Part shown: positions 35,340 to 49,799 of the stretch, piece after piece
Position numbering within the stretch: position 1 is the stretch's first letter
Layout of the letters: each line of letters begins with the position of its first letter
Source: Mytilus trossulus
Lineage: Eukaryota
Assembly: GCF_036588685.1 (NCBI RefSeq)
Contig: NC_086378.1
Span: 69,998,001-70,062,000 of the forward strand
Reading direction: 5' to 3'
Length of the DNA: 64,000 nucleotides
Notes under the pieces: generated by a model
Databases searched by the model: none
Told to the model about the DNA's origin: nothing
Seen by the model: only the letters and a program-made list of their open reading frames with translations
Made by a program: the position numbers and the translations under genes

Positions 35340-38300
35340 CTAAACAAATTGAAATACAATGTTTAATGAATCGGACATTAATAAATTAACAATACAATTG
35401 TGTTTTTTTTACTATTTAGATAGATTAAAAATGTACAATTCAACCAATACCATGCACAAACGATTACTAACCGTAGCAATGACTAGTCAAGATTGCCTAA
35501 ACAAGCATGATCAATCAGCGTAGACAAGAGATGTTTCGGATTTAAGTGGTAACGACATCTCATATATGGTTAGAAGAATGGGTTTTTATGCCCAACATAT
35601 GAGCATTCTGTTTTACGGTATGTGCGTCCTTTCGTCCGGTCGTTCGTCCATCTGTCCCGCTGCAGGTTACAGTTTTTGGTCAAGTTAGTTTTTGATAAAG
35701 TTGAAGTCCAATCAACTTGAAACTTGATACACTTGAGCTACTTCATTGGCAATCGATATTATAACTTTTTTTCTTATGATTATAGGAACAAGAAGAACTT
35801 TTTAGACATTAAATACCTATATGGAGTTATTTTCTTTCAGAATCATAGGTCATTCTTTTTTTCAGAATCAACCAGGACGATACCATATTTCAATGAATTA
35901 TGCTTTAAGGTATAAAATGATGACATGTGTGAGGTCATTATTTTCCTTGATAAAAATGCAACCTATAATTTAATTCAAAATTATATTCGTCTGATAGTTT
36001 TTTTTTGCCGATATGGGGGTTTATTTTTTAAAGTTCAATCGATAATAGCTGTAAAAGATATCGTCATTGTCCGCATTTTAATTTAAGAAACAAATAAACG
36101 TGCAGTTTTTTTTATTTTATCGCTACAATACAGAAACATTATCATTTATGTGAAATGAATTTTAATGTAGACTTTCATAAAAAGCCAGATTTAACATATT
36201 CGTGTGTAAGATTTTCGAAAATCTTATTCAGTCACACTGAATAGGTTGATCGATTTTTTGGTTACTTTCTTAACGACTTCCTTCACGTCCAGTGGCTAAT
36301 ATTTCATGCATGTTCAGCATGATACACACTGAATTACTGTAACCTACATGTATATATATTCGTCTTCGTGTCAATTTATAACTTTTTTTAAATTTATGTA
36401 TATCAAATGATCAACTAATAAGATAGTCTTGACTAACATTCACGTTACTCACAAAAGGGTCGGGTGTGGAGGGTATGTAATTATATCCTGATTATCTGTT
36501 AAAAAAATGAATTACTATTCAAAAGACAATCTTTCTGAATATTTCATTTTCGATTCAATTAAAATTGTTGAAAAAATAACCAATTTTCCGACAGCCATTC
36601 CGCGATAGAAATGTCATAACAAATAGAAAAAAAATCCCTCCCCCTCTTTTCCATAAACTAAGTTGGTACAATATATTACTCATAATGTGTCTTGTATTTG
36701 TCATACACAGTTATCGGATGGTAACAATTAATTTGTGTCTTTCTTCTTGCAGTTACAGTAATATGTTTATTGTGTATGGATAATATTTTTTAAGGTTTAT
36801 GTATCTAGATTAATTAGTGAGTTTTATTTCACATTCTAAATGAGCCGTAAGGCGTATTAAAACCTGAACGCATTAGAAAGGAATATCCCACTTTAGTGAG
36901 ATCGGTAAAATATGATATTAAATTTTGCAAATCTTTTATAAAAAATATTTTGGACGGTATATAAGTCAGATAATGCATATTTTCAGGTATGCATTATCTA
37001 TAACATAATGTGTAAACACATTTCAAATGATTACTATTCCTTTCTGTATCATTATTTCAAGACATTCAGATTCAAAATAGTTTTTTTTAGAATATACCTA
37101 CTCCTTAAACTTTGGTCTCGCCAAGAACGGTTTACAATTTTATCAATATATGATTCAAGTAATGTGCTTTATAATTTAAAAAGAAGGAACTCTACATCAC
37201 ACAATTACATTCAAATGAATAATGTACAATTCAAAAATTCTGATAAAATTTGAAAATGAAATTAAAAGGCATATCTATGGTCATTATATCGTTATTTTTT
37301 GAAGTATCTTTAATAAAATGCAATTGATATATAAGACAGTTATAGTTTTAGCGGGCCATTAAATTAATATGAGTTGCGAAAGTGGCAGGCATATAACAAC
37401 ATAAAATGAGCTATGATTTAAATCTTTATTAGAAACAGTTTATTTGTTTTTTTAACAAAATATAGACAGAATGGTAATTATATGTTATTTTGTTTTATAA
37501 ATTTCCTGTTACAAAACTTTAATTTTTTTCGGAAAACTAAGCACATTATAATCCAGGTACCTTTGATACCTATTGTACATGTATATTATATTTACATGGA
37601 ACGGGGACCAAATCATTTTTCACATTACTTCAATGCATTTTGTCCTGATTAAGGACCAGATTTCTTATTCTATATTTTAGACTGCAAAATTTCAATTGCA
37701 TTATCATGCTAGTAGCCCCATTTATGTTGGGTTTTTTAAGACTTCTTTTAGAGTCATGAAAATTAAGAAACAATTACTGTTTTGAGTATTTAGAGTATTT
37801 CAAGCTAAAATGAAAAATAAAATTTGGACCATTTCCTAAGACAATCATCCACCCTGTTTATATCAGTATTACTTGATTTATTTCACTTGACTGGGCGGGG
37901 CTTAATTGGTTTGTTTATTTAAGACCAGCTCATTTATAGACAGGTGTGTCGGGATAAACTCATCAATGAAGTGTCCAGTTATACTCTCGTTTCATTTCTA
38001 TATCCGTTTGGTGACACTGGTACATTGTAGGTGATTAAAAATCAATTAAAATTATAACGGCCATCATCTGTTTCACACACATCTCCAAAAAGACTGTCCT
38101 TATGCACATTAAAAATTAAATCAGTTGAAATAACATTGGTAATACCACATAAAATTTAACTGAGGTTGAAAGGTTTATGAATACCTTTTGGATATACAAC
38201 ATATTAAGGCATCTTTACATAATTTTCATCTAGGTTAGATATCGCGTATAAAAAATAGTAAATTTCCTTAGGGACTTACATTCGTGGCGGCTACTGCACT

Positions 38301-38606
38301 GGTATTGTGTAACTAGAATTCTATTCCACATAACAAAACTACAGTGCTTATTTAGGCATACAATCGTTGACAAAGTATAACATATAGTCATTACTGAACA
38401 CGATGGTTCAAATGTTGTAACTCTGAAACTTACATATATTTGAAAACTGTCTTTAAAAATGTACCAACTTACTTTACATATGAACACTAACTGAATGCTT
38501 ATTATGGGGTAAAGTTGTAGTTTTAAATATAAAAAAAAAGTGTACTCTGTTATGATTAAAGTTCTTTTAACCCTCAGTCATTATTATTTACGGAGGTAAT
38601 ACATAC

Positions 38607-38880
38607 ACTGCACATTGATTGAAACATCTGCTGTCTTCTTTATATGAGAAACATTATATGCCACATGACAACGGAACGTCCCTGTCTGACTTCGTTTTAT
38701 TTGTGGTACAGTTAGAGTCTTTCCTTGGTTTGATACCAATTTGATTGGAACGAGTTCAAAACGTCCTGTCACATTGTATTTCCAATGGTATGTACATTCA
38801 GGATAACAGGTTGTCATACAGTGTATAGGGCCTAAGGTAGTCCCTTCTCTAACATTAACTACTGCACCTGCAGGTTCCAG
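38607..38880 (-). CDS. Ig-like domain exon whose first ~20 nt and acceptor are replaced by a repeat
   Basis: IHCMTTCYPECTYHW...GTFRCHV with intact donor; similarity to the sister exons stops at LEP. Confidence 0.75.
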
Positions 38881-40052
38881 AAACGACAACATTATAAAAA
38901 AAGAATTGGGACAATTTCAAAGTTCACCAAGGTCACAATAAATCATCAAATATATGATGCAATACCAAACTTAAGAACCGGAAGTCGTAGAGACATGGGA
39001 CTAGCACCATTCAACTCAGGACCACTTGACCTTTCAACTATCACAAGGTCAAGGTCATTGTATGCTGTGAAGGTCAAGGTGAAATTTCATCATGACCTGA
39101 CATTGACCATAAATTGAAGGTCTTGAATTACTGATCATCTTTGCAGTTTATAGTAGGTTGATATCTGTTACCTTTAAAAAGATATACACACAATACAATA
39201 CTTTTAAGAATCATCCCGTTGTAACTTTTAAACAGACGGTTGGACATTTTTGGGCTTGTTGTATAAAATGTAGAGCTCGTCGAGAGAAACAATTTACACG
39301 CTGTATGTATGCAGCAAAGTCTTATCATTTTTCTATTATGTAAGCTTGAAATTGCAGCGTAATTTTTGTTTGCACTCGGTGAACTTTGACCTTGGGTGCA
39401 TATTAAAGGTCACATGAATTAAAGATTATTGGTGAAGGTTCCAAGTCTCTATGACTTCTGGTTCTCGAAATAGAATTTTTCAAAAAGTATTTATAATTTT
39501 TAATGGGAAATAACTCCTTATAAGGCTTAGTAACAAATTAATTGTTTATGTTTATAAATATTGCCATCTGTTCTTGTACATGCTTCCATTTTCAAATCGA
39601 TTCTATCTCTAATACTTTTAAAGAAAAATGCTAATAAAAGAAATTGCTTCAAGGGGACATAACTCTCAAAGGGGATAATTAAATCTTACGCAGCCTCATA
39701 TGGTAATACATCATAATGAGATCTACATATTGTCCAAAAAAAGTCATGATATCTTTAAACACAACGAGGGGGTGTCATGTTGAAAAAAATCAGTAAAAGG
39801 GAGATAACTTCTAAAGGGGATGATGAAATTCTACACAGCCTCATCTGGTAATACTTCATAATGAGGTCTACCGAAGGTTCATATTTGGTCTTGATAACTC
39901 CAATAGAAACGAGGGGAGGCCAGGTCAAACAAATGCTGGATGAAAAAAAAAAACAAAAAAAAAACATGAGAAAAACAATAAGGTCTTTCCTCGCGGAGAG
40001 GAAAGACCTTAAAAACAATAAGGTCTTTCCTCACGTAGGGGAAAGACCTTAA
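38881..40052 (-). mobile_element. Helentron-like non-autonomous element with a duplicated terminal hairpin
   Basis: AAGGTCTTTCC...GGAAAGACCTT hairpin twice in tandem (~39976-40052); body rich in GACCTT/AAGGTCA and ATAACTC motifs. Confidence 0.55.
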
Positions 40053-42199
40053 TTATTCCAAATATTCCTGACGTGAGGACTGGGGATAATTTTAATTTTA
40101 ATGTGAAATTGGAAACAATCATTATACAATTCTGGATCTAATATTGTATAATTTGGACATATATCATAGGAAGTATTATTGTGAAAAATAATAAATTTCT
40201 CCAGGTCACAGTGGCTTCTAAAATAAATTAATGTTTTGTCAATATTATGGTTTATAATTGTTTAATAATTTGTGTACTTTGTGTAAATGTCTATTCGTGT
40301 CTTTATTCTAATCATTCTTATCATTTCAGTTGATGCAATTTATTTTGTAATTCATTTGATTGTATAGCAGCATGATTGGTTCATAACAATTACCTGATCT
40401 TATCTTATTTCACTATCATAAGCATCACCGAGGACACTCAGAACAGTTGATGTCCGCTCTAGTAAAACAGGACTAGAATTCAAGACTTGCAAACACATAC
40501 TATATTTGGCGCAGATATGCATCTTCTAAAAACTATCAAGTGCAAACAGAATAAGTTGCCATTGTATTACGTGTCACGAAAATCAGCTATTTTAAGTAAG
40601 CCGTTTTATAACCTAAATGAAGTCCCACAGGTTAAACTATCTACAATTATGATATCACATTTAATAATTTGATCGCTTTGTAATATATAAGTATTTGGAA
40701 CTGGTATTTATAAATATAGATAAGAAATTTCATAGAATCATACAAAGAAACAATGAAGAACGTGTACCTATGCCCTGTGTTATTATGTATACATACAAAC
40801 GAGCAATAAGTGAAACAAAGTTTTACAAATTATTATAAACATTATAGTTACGTAATACTCTTTACGGTAAAGCGTTGATTATTTTTAAATTCTATTTTAA
40901 CTTCATACATGTAAATAAAAATGTAGATTCTTCTGTTTAATTTTTTTGAACACATTATTAATGTTCATTTTAAGAAAAGTCATTCTATCTTCAAATATAT
41001 CACAACCCAATGTGTGTACTGAATGACCTCTTTGTGAATCATATCTGATATGAATAGTTTATCTGATACGATAATTTTATGTATATTTAGTAAATTGTTT
41101 AAGAACGTCCGATTATCATAGTTTGTTTGTTTGACAAATAATTATAGATTATCGTTGGTCATCTCAACAAGTATGTTTATCTCGCTTGAGCCGGTACGGC
41201 GAAAGTGAGAAAAATAATTGAGTTGATATCAATATGATAATCTGTTTATCGCTAATAAACCTATAACGAAGTAGTTTATTTCAAGGACAACGGCAGGTAC
41301 GCCCTTAGTTTTCAGCGATAACTTTTCATATCACTCTCCTGTGCTGAGAAAAGAGATTCTTACTCAGTAAGATTAAAGGAGAATTTCGTTCGTACTGAAC
41401 ATAACGGTATAATTGTACCTCATGATAAAACTGTTTTTATACATATATCTGTTCATTAAACTCTAAGAATTGCTTAAGTTGTGTGATATGACTTTTGTTT
41501 ACAACTGCTTCCGTTATATACCAACTGCTTCCCTGTATTATCGTATGCTTTTCTGTAACATTAGCGCAAAACATAACGACGTCATTCGGCAAATTCCGAA
41601 AAATGCACCTCAATGGTACTTGTTTTATTTTATGTAAAACATAACAAGTTGGATAAAAAAAATATTTTGAATCAGGAAAATAGATATATATTAAAAATTA
41701 AAAAAACAAATATTACAACAAATGTCTTATTTTTTATTTTCGTCATTTTGTCTTCTGCTAAAGGTTATGACAAACATAACGTGTATTTTTTCATATCAGA
41801 CCCATTTACCAGCACATGTTCGAAATCATCACTCGAGCTTGTCGGCTCTCGGACTGATATCATGACCTAGGGCTAATAAAGGGTCTTATATGAAATGTCA
41901 TGTTATAATCTTTATCTATCATATGTATATTCAGTTACACTGTTGTGAATCTCTTCCAGTTATGTATTAAATGTACACAAATTGAATATGTTTTATCAAT
42001 TGAAATCTGGTTTAGATTTGATTTACACTTCTACACATTCTTTGAATAGGAGAGTCGTAAAAAGATTTGGAAAGGCTGACAAGAAATATGGACTATGTTG
42101 GTTCTTAGAATATCATACAAGTTTACTATGTGTGTATCATTCCCTATTTGTGACTCGAAGACAGCATACATCATATTAATTACCTTGAGTATCCTGGTA

Positions 42200-42528
42200 T
42201 GATCTCGGATATGTTCCTTACGTCGTAACTACACTCCCCTTCCCTTTCGTGAATATAACCTACAGAATTAGACGATTTACCGGATTTGTTATCACATAAG
42301 CAACACAACGGTTGCCACATGTGGAGCAGGATCTGCTCATCCTTCCGGAGCACCTGATATCACCCCTAGTTTTTGGTGGGGTTCGTGTTGCTTATTCTTT
42401 AGTTTTTCTATGTTGTGTCGTGTGTACTATTGTTTGTCTGTTTGTCTTTTCATTTTTAGAAATGGCGATGTCAGTTTATTTTCGATTTATGAGTTTGACT
42501 GTCTCTCTGGTGTCTTTCGTCCCTCTTT
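42200..42528 (+). mobile_element. 3' end of a Penelope-like retroelement family (same family as 48733-49337)
   Basis: Reverse complement of ~48733-49055. Confidence 0.7.
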
Positions 42529-43937
42529 GATTACTTTTTGAGAGATTTAAAATACCTATACTTAAACAAATAATAAGATGCAATTTGATTGCCATTGACG
42601 CAACTACTAGGTATTAAGCAGCTGTCCAGGATTTGAACTTTTAAAAGTACCTGTAAAATCAATGAACTACAAGTTTTGTCCCGGAAATAACATGAATAAT
42701 ATAGAAAAATACAGACATTGGAATTTGTTAAATTGATTACATGTTTTGAAAAATATTTATGAATAATAGAAACCCAAAATAGAAAAGGTCATTTGCAATA
42801 CCCAAGACATATGTTTATGACAAATAAATGTTTTACTGCAATAAAATGTAGGTATTACACCTAAAGAAGACTTTACTGTTTAATAAACTGAATTTGACTA
42901 TTTTCCTTTGTAATACAAGCATTCCTGTCAAGTTTTGTCATAATCAGTTCAAAGGTTTGAGAAAATCTTGTATAATGAAAGACCACATCTACAGCGATTC
43001 GAGCTAAATTTCTTCAATAAATCCACACCAAGCCGCATCATGATAGAATATAGTGTGGACCAATAAACGATTAAATATTTATCCTATCTGCCTAAAAACC
43101 GTTGAATATGATACTAAAGATGATTTTAAGAAGATAAATACCACTAATGGACCTCTTTGTCTTCTTTATAAGGTCTCTTTTAGTCCATTTATACCTTTCA
43201 TTTCCTCAAAATTTCAAATGTTGAGGCCAAAAAATACAAAATAATGATTTAAAATAATAAATTTATGACAGAAATGTTAAACGAAATGAGTAATTAAAGT
43301 ATTCAAGCAGATTGAACAATCCATATAAAATTTTACTGTCTCAAAGGAGGTTTCAATAATTCCTTCCGTAAAATTTAAATTTACGCCGCGTTCCGAAAGG
43401 GACATAAAAGGCTTCTCTTTTAATGAAATAATTTGTTGTTGCAGAGTTACAAATTATTTCATTTACTTATAACTATATATTTATTAAGTATTTCTTATGA
43501 AAATTTTCTATCATAGCAAAATATAAGAAAAAAGGAGAAAAAGCTCCCCAATACACTAAGTATGGCTTGTTCTGTCAACTGAATATGCATGGTAGAGTCC
43601 TATTTCAAGGAAATATTCTCAAAAAAATGTGTTTTGGAGACCCAATCCACTCAGAATATTTCATTTCTTATAGTATTTCAATTAAAAAGCAAGACATTTT
43701 AACACATGAGAGTACTCACAAATAGTTATCAAAGGTACCAGTATTATAATTAAGTACGCCAGACGCGCGTTTCGTCTACATAAGGTCAAAGGTGCATGTA
43801 CAGCTTCCCGTATTAAAAAAGATATGTAATTTTCATAAGATGGATTTCACTAATGTAAAAGGGTAAAAAAAATTACAATCTGAAATGCAAGAAGGTGAAA
43901 CAGTGTGATGCCAACCAACATGTTTCTATGGCTTAAA

Positions 43938-44480
43938 ATAAACAGACAAACAATAGTACACATGACACAACAAAGAAAACTAAAGAATAAGCAACACGAA
44001 CCACACCAAAAACTAGGGGTGATCTCAGGTGCTCCGGAAGGGTAAGCAGATCCTGCTCCACATGTGGCACTCGTCGTGTTGCTTATGTGATAACAAATCA
44101 TGTAAATAGTCTAATTCGGTAGGTCAAATTCATGAAAGGAAAGGGGATTGTAGTAACGACGTAAGGAACATATCCGATATCATTTGTGAAACGGTTATTC
44201 TATAACGGTCAACCAACTCGTGATGGCGTTCGCAAAATTTACGAAGGGATGATTTCAACTTCACCATTTGGAACTCTTGGTTTAATAGCTTCCTTATCAA
44301 GAAAATCATGATAGGCAATGCAATCACGGGAATATTGTATCAATTGGGAGATATATACCCCGTATGCAGGTGCTGTTTGAATGTTGCTACTTACAAATGG
44401 AAAGTTCACAATTGGAAAGCTGAAATCATCTTTTTTTTCGTAAAGTTTTGTTTTCCACCGACCCTAATTGTCAATTTCTT
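43938..44480 (-). mobile_element. Penelope-like RT C-terminal fragment plus 3' UTR, degenerate
   Basis: Colinear with 48820-49337, with small deletions. Confidence 0.7.
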
Positions 44481-45434
44481 AATTGTATATGTATAAATGC
44501 TTTTACTTTATATACATCGCATTCAATTTTATTTTCAACACATGCTACTGGTATTCCTCTTTTTATTCAGGTAAAGCATGGTTATGGTAACGTTTCGCCA
44601 TCTTGAATTATATAACAGAACACTTGAATAAAATATGAAAATTTGAGGACAAATACTCAGCTATATGTAAATGTGCGTCTCTCAAGTCACAATCTCGTTG
44701 AGAGATTTATTTGGTAATATTCTAATGCACTTTTTTTCAATAGATTTTTATGTTGATGGCTAGAGTCTAGAGAATTAAAAATAAAGTTGAAATTACGTCG
44801 GCCTTAGGTTGTCATTTTAATTTTACTTTAACTTGCATATTCAAATACCAATATTCGCTCTCAAATATACGCAAAAAAAGATAAATAAATTATGTTCTGT
44901 TATCTGCTTGTCATGGAACAAAAAATCACAGACAAAAAGTCAGAGACGAAAAGTCACAGAAGAAATAATCACTATTCTCTTCTTACATTGTTTGTTTTAG
45001 AATAATAAAAACTCTAATATTTGAAAAAAAAATATACATAGTTTTGTTTTTTCCTGAATTTGTCTGCATAACACATCTGTGTAGACAAAAAATGTATTCT
45101 AAAAAAAGTAAATTTAAGAATAAAGAAATGTTCATAAGGTAAGATAAGGCTCAACTGATGAGTGTTTGATTCATTAAAAATTAAAAGTGAAATGAATAAC
45201 AGTTATAAAGCTTAGAAATATATCCATAAAATTATTAAGGTCATCGAGTCCAAATACATGTAAATCTGTTAGAATATTCTATTGATTGTATACCTTTTAA
45301 ACTTAAAAGTACTTGTCAAACGCGTCATCAGTGACTTTAAAACGAATTGACTTTATAAACAACATTGTAAACCACCACCTTACATTATTCGTTAAAGTTA
45401 GTTTTAACATGCACGTCGAACAGAAAAAAGCAAC

Positions 45435-45483
45435 ATGCATCAGCAAACTCTGATTTATTGTATGTTCTTGATTGTTCAAACAG
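45435..45483 (+). CDS. TSP1-C1q protein, exon 1 (signal peptide MHQQTLIYCMFLIVQT)
   Basis: caacATG, phase-1 GTAAGA donor; joins to VNG|DT, a plausible signal cleavage site. Confidence 0.65.
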
Positions 45484-46442
45484 GTAAGACATAACCTTAT
45501 TGTTATTGTTCACACATTGTTGTCAATTCAATTGAATTATATTCTTGCAAGGGAGTGGTTTTGCTTACCTGAAAACCATGTTTAATAAACTCTTTTCTAC
45601 AAAATAATGGAATTATATTCTTAACTAATTATCAACTTTGATATATTATGGAAATATTATAATGTGCAAAATAAAATCTATCCGTAGATAAAAAAAAATA
45701 TATTTTTGCATAATATACAAATACAATAAAGAATTCGATTAAGTTTTGCTTTATTTATTCCGTGCTGGGTTTTTTTAATATTAAAATTTATATAAAGCAT
45801 ATCCCAGCATCTGATTATGATAATCGATGTGTTTACTGTTGGCAAGAATGATTTAAGTCAAGACAATTCACTGTGTGTGCGTTTAAGAATAGATTAGTTA
45901 CAAAATAGAATTTGCAGTTTTATAGATGAGTAGTAACTTTAATGTTAACTTTAAACATTACATATGGTTACAACCTAGTCCGAGTAATACCTGATTTGTA
46001 ACGTAACGAGTGATGAGGTTAAGACATGTCACGGCACTTTTCTATCCCAAATTCATGTATTTAATTTTGATGTTATAAGTGTTATTCGCATCGGATTTTG
46101 TCAAATGTTTAGATCGTTTCTGTGTGTGTTACATTTTAATGTTGTGTTTCTGTTGTGTAGTTGTTCTCCTCTTGTATTTGATGCATTTCCCTCAGTTTAA
46201 GTTTTTAACCCTGATTTTTTTTTCTATTGATTTATGAGTTTCGAACAGCGGTAGACTACTGTTGCCTATATTTAGGGTCTGAAATTAAATACAGCAAGGC
46301 ATTTCTTATGGCTGTCAACATCATACTCAAGTTAAATCACTTATTGCAATTTGGTCAAATAAATTGTTGGACAAGTAGCAAATCTGAATCAAAATTCCTA
46401 ATTATCTAATAAATTAAAAATTATTTTTAATGTTAACCTTAG

Positions 46443-46607
46443 TCAATGGAGATACTTGGTCACAATGGACTCCTTGGGCATGCTCAGTAACTTGTGGAAA
46501 TGGAATAAAATCAAGAACACGACATTGTCTTAGTTCATTCTGTTTTGGTGAAATTTTGTTTGGTCAGCAACGTGAGCAAAGTTCTTGTTTCACGATTGCA
46601 TGTCCAG
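46443..46607 (+). CDS. TSP1-C1q protein, exon 2 (thrombospondin type 1 repeat)
   Basis: WSQWTPWACSVTCGNGIKSRTRHC; phase 1-1. Confidence 0.88.
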
Positions 46608-47019
46608 GTAAGACTACTTTTAAGTTTTGCTTTATTTATTCCGTCGCATGTTTGATTTAATTCTTTCTATTATAATTGACCGAGAAGAGTATCCCTTATT
46701 CAGATATTAGTATTTTATATATATAAAAAAGGTATACACCGTTTGGAAAAATGACTCAAGCCAAGACAAATCAATGCATGTCTGTTTAAGTATTCATAAT
46801 TTACAAAACAAGTTTGTATCTGTTCCATGCATACTTTCCATAATACATATGGATCGACTTCGACCGAACAGTATCTGACTTGAAATGTAACATATCAGTA
46901 ATATCGAAAGAAAACACTTATTGAAATCAGCAAGAAATGTTTGGTATGACGATTTTTTGAAGAAGCAAATTTAAACCAAATTTCTTAGACATCTTAAACA
47001 TTCATTTTTTTTTCTCCAG

Positions 47020-47190
47020 TCGATGGAAACTGGGGACCATGGGGAATTTTTGAACCATGCTCAGTAACATGTGGAACAGGATTGCATAACAGAAGTCGAA
47101 TTTGTAATGATCCTGCTCCTTCACTGAACGGAAAGCCATGTAATGGTGAAGAGAATAGCTCAGAGATTTGTAACACTGAAGTATGTGCAG
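47020..47190 (+). CDS. TSP1-C1q protein, exon 3 (TSP1 repeat)
   Basis: VDGNWGPWGIFEPCSVTCGTGLHNRSRICNDPAP; 171 nt, phase 1-1. Confidence 0.9.
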
Positions 47191-48030
47191 GTAAGACTTC
47201 GTTTGAGAACTTATGTAGTTTGTCCGTGCCATGCTTGATTTTCTTTCTCTATAATGATTACTGTAGAAGTATATCCACCATTAAATAGTGGTAAACTATA
47301 ATAAATAATGTATATAGCGTTAAAAAAAATAGTTAAAGTGAATAAAAATCAATGCTTGTTCATTAAAAAATACACTTGTTACAAAATAGAGTTTGCAGTT
47401 TAAATATTTCGTATTTATTTATGCTTTATTTCCATATCATATATTGGGAACGAGCTCGACCGAACACTTGATTTCAGTAACGCTAAGGTAAAGTATATAA
47501 GAAAAAAAAAAAAAAAAAAAGCGCATGGAATTTCACATATTTGTCAAAATCTTACACATGCATGTCGAGAGAAAATACTTAATGAAATCAGTATGAAATA
47601 GGTCGTCTTACACATTGCTGTAGATGTATATCCACCATTAAATAGTAGTAAATTATAATACATTATGTATGTAGCGTCGGCAAATTTTTTTAAAGTGAAC
47701 ACAAATCAATGCGTGTTCATTAAAGAACAAAATATTTTCAAAATAGAGTCTGCAGTTTAAATAATTCGTAATTTGTTATGCGTAATTTCCATATCATATA
47801 TGGGAACGAGCTCGACCGAACACTTCATGACTTAAAATATAACAAGGAGTAACGCTAAGGTAAAGCTCTAAAATAAAAATAAAAAGCATGGAATTTCACA
47901 TATTTGTCAAAATCATACTCATGCATGTCGAGAAAAAATCAGTATGCAATATGTCGTCTTACAATTATTGGATGTAGCAAATTTAACCAAATTTCTAAGA
48001 CATGTCAAAATTTAAGTTTTCTTTCTCCAG

Positions 48031-48201
48031 TCGATGGAAACTGGGGACCATGGAGTAGTTTTGGACCATGCTCAGAAGCATGTGGAAAAGGAGTGAAAAA
48101 AAGGAGTCGAGTTTGTAATGATCCTGCTCCTTCACAGAACGGAAAGCCATGTGATGGTGAAGATACTAACTCAATAAGTTGTAACGGAGCAGAATGTCCA
48201 G
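48031..48201 (+). CDS. TSP1-C1q protein, exon 4 (TSP1 repeat)
   Basis: VDGNWGPWSSFGPCSEACGKGVKKRSRVCNDPAP; 171 nt, phase 1-1. Confidence 0.9.
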
Positions 48202-48732
48202 GTAAGACTTCGTTTGAGTATTTATTTATTTTGTCCGTGTCACGCTTGATTTTCTTCTATATTAGATTGCTGTAGATGTATATCCACCGTTAAATAGTAG
48301 TAAATTGTAATAGATAATGGATGTAGCGTTGGCAAAAAAAGTTAGAGAGAATATAAATCAATACGTGTTCATTAAAGAAAAAAAATATTTACAAATAGAG
48401 TTTGCAATTTAAATAATTAGTTTTTTGTTATGCTTTATTTCCATATAATATATTGGAACAACCTCGACTGAACACTTCATGACTTCAAATATAACAAGAA
48501 GTAAAGTTAAGGTAAAGCTCTAAAATCAAACAAGGCATCGAATTTCACATAAGTGGTAACATCATACTCGGCATGTCGAAAGATAATACTTGTTGAAATC
48601 ATAAAAAAATATTTGGGAACAAATGCAGAAATTTTAAATTGACTTTTGTACTTAACAATCTAACAAAACAACCAAACATACGCAAGACTATAAGGCTCAT
48701 CGAATCATCGAAAATATGCTTTGTACGTATAA

Positions 48733-49337
48733 AAGAGGGACGAAAGACACCAAAGGGACAGTCAAACTCGTAAATCTAAAACAAACTGACAACGCCATGG
48801 CTAAAAATGAAAAAGACAAACAGAAAAACAATAGTACACATGACACAACATAGAAAACTAAAGAATAAACAACACGAACCCCACCAAAAACTAGGGGTGA
48901 TCTCAGGTGCTCCGGAAGGGTAAGCAGATCCTGCTCCACATGCGGCACCCGTCGTGTTGCTTATGTGATTACAAATCCGGTAAAAAGTCTAATTCGGTAG
49001 GTCAAATTCATGAAAGGGAAGGGGATTGTAGTTACGACGTAAGGAACATATCCGATATCATTTGTGAAACAGTTATTCCATAACGGTCAACCAACTCGTG
49101 ATGGCGTCCGTAAAATTTACGAAGGGATGATTTCAACTTCACCATTTGGAACTCTTGGTTTAATAGCTTCCTTGTGAGCAGTAACCCTCTATCAAGAAAA
49201 TCAAGATAGGAAATGCAAGCACGGGAATATCGTATCAATTGGGAGATATATACCCCGTATGCAGGTGCTGCTGGAATGTTGCTACTTAGAAATGGAAAGT
49301 TCACAATTGGAAAGCTGAAATCATCTCTTTTGTCGTA
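48733..49337 (-). mobile_element. Penelope-like retroelement 3' fragment (RT thumb region) in the last intron
   Basis: YDKRDDFSFPIVNFPFLSSNIPAAPAYGVYISQLIRYSRAC; the ORF stops without a following GIY-YIG domain. Confidence 0.75.
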
Positions 49338-49799
49338 ATATATATATGTAAAGTATGCGTTTCTGTCATACCCCATCTAAAATGTCCTGTATTCATAGAA
49401 AAACAAAAATTATGAATTAAAATAAAAAATATTCTTACAATGTGAAATGTAAAATATGCAAATGTAAATAAATAACCATTGCTGGAAGTATATCATCAGT
49501 TTATCAAGATAATGTCTTTTGAAAAAAAATCTGATAATGCTAAATTCAACTCCATACTGCAAACTAAAGGGACAGAGGGAATCTCCATGGATATGTGACA
49601 ATTGTACGAACAGAATACATACTGTCAATAGTCTATGATATTTACAGTGACCATTAAAAGAACAGTAAACAGCTAACTGCGGGATAAAATGTACTAGAGA
49701 TTGAGTATTACATATGTATTCTGCAGAATTGAATGTGCACTTTTGTTTATGTGTATGTATATACATTCAATTTTTAAATCTTTCAAAATATGTTTACAG

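Noticed and set aside
37930-38150. DDGRY motif on - suggesting a further Ig exon
   Set aside because: No open frame or clear splice sites.
42312-48948. Repeated MPHVEQDLL ORFs (42312-42530, 48697-48948) suggesting a gene family
   Set aside because: Both fall in the 3' UTR of the same Penelope-like repeat.
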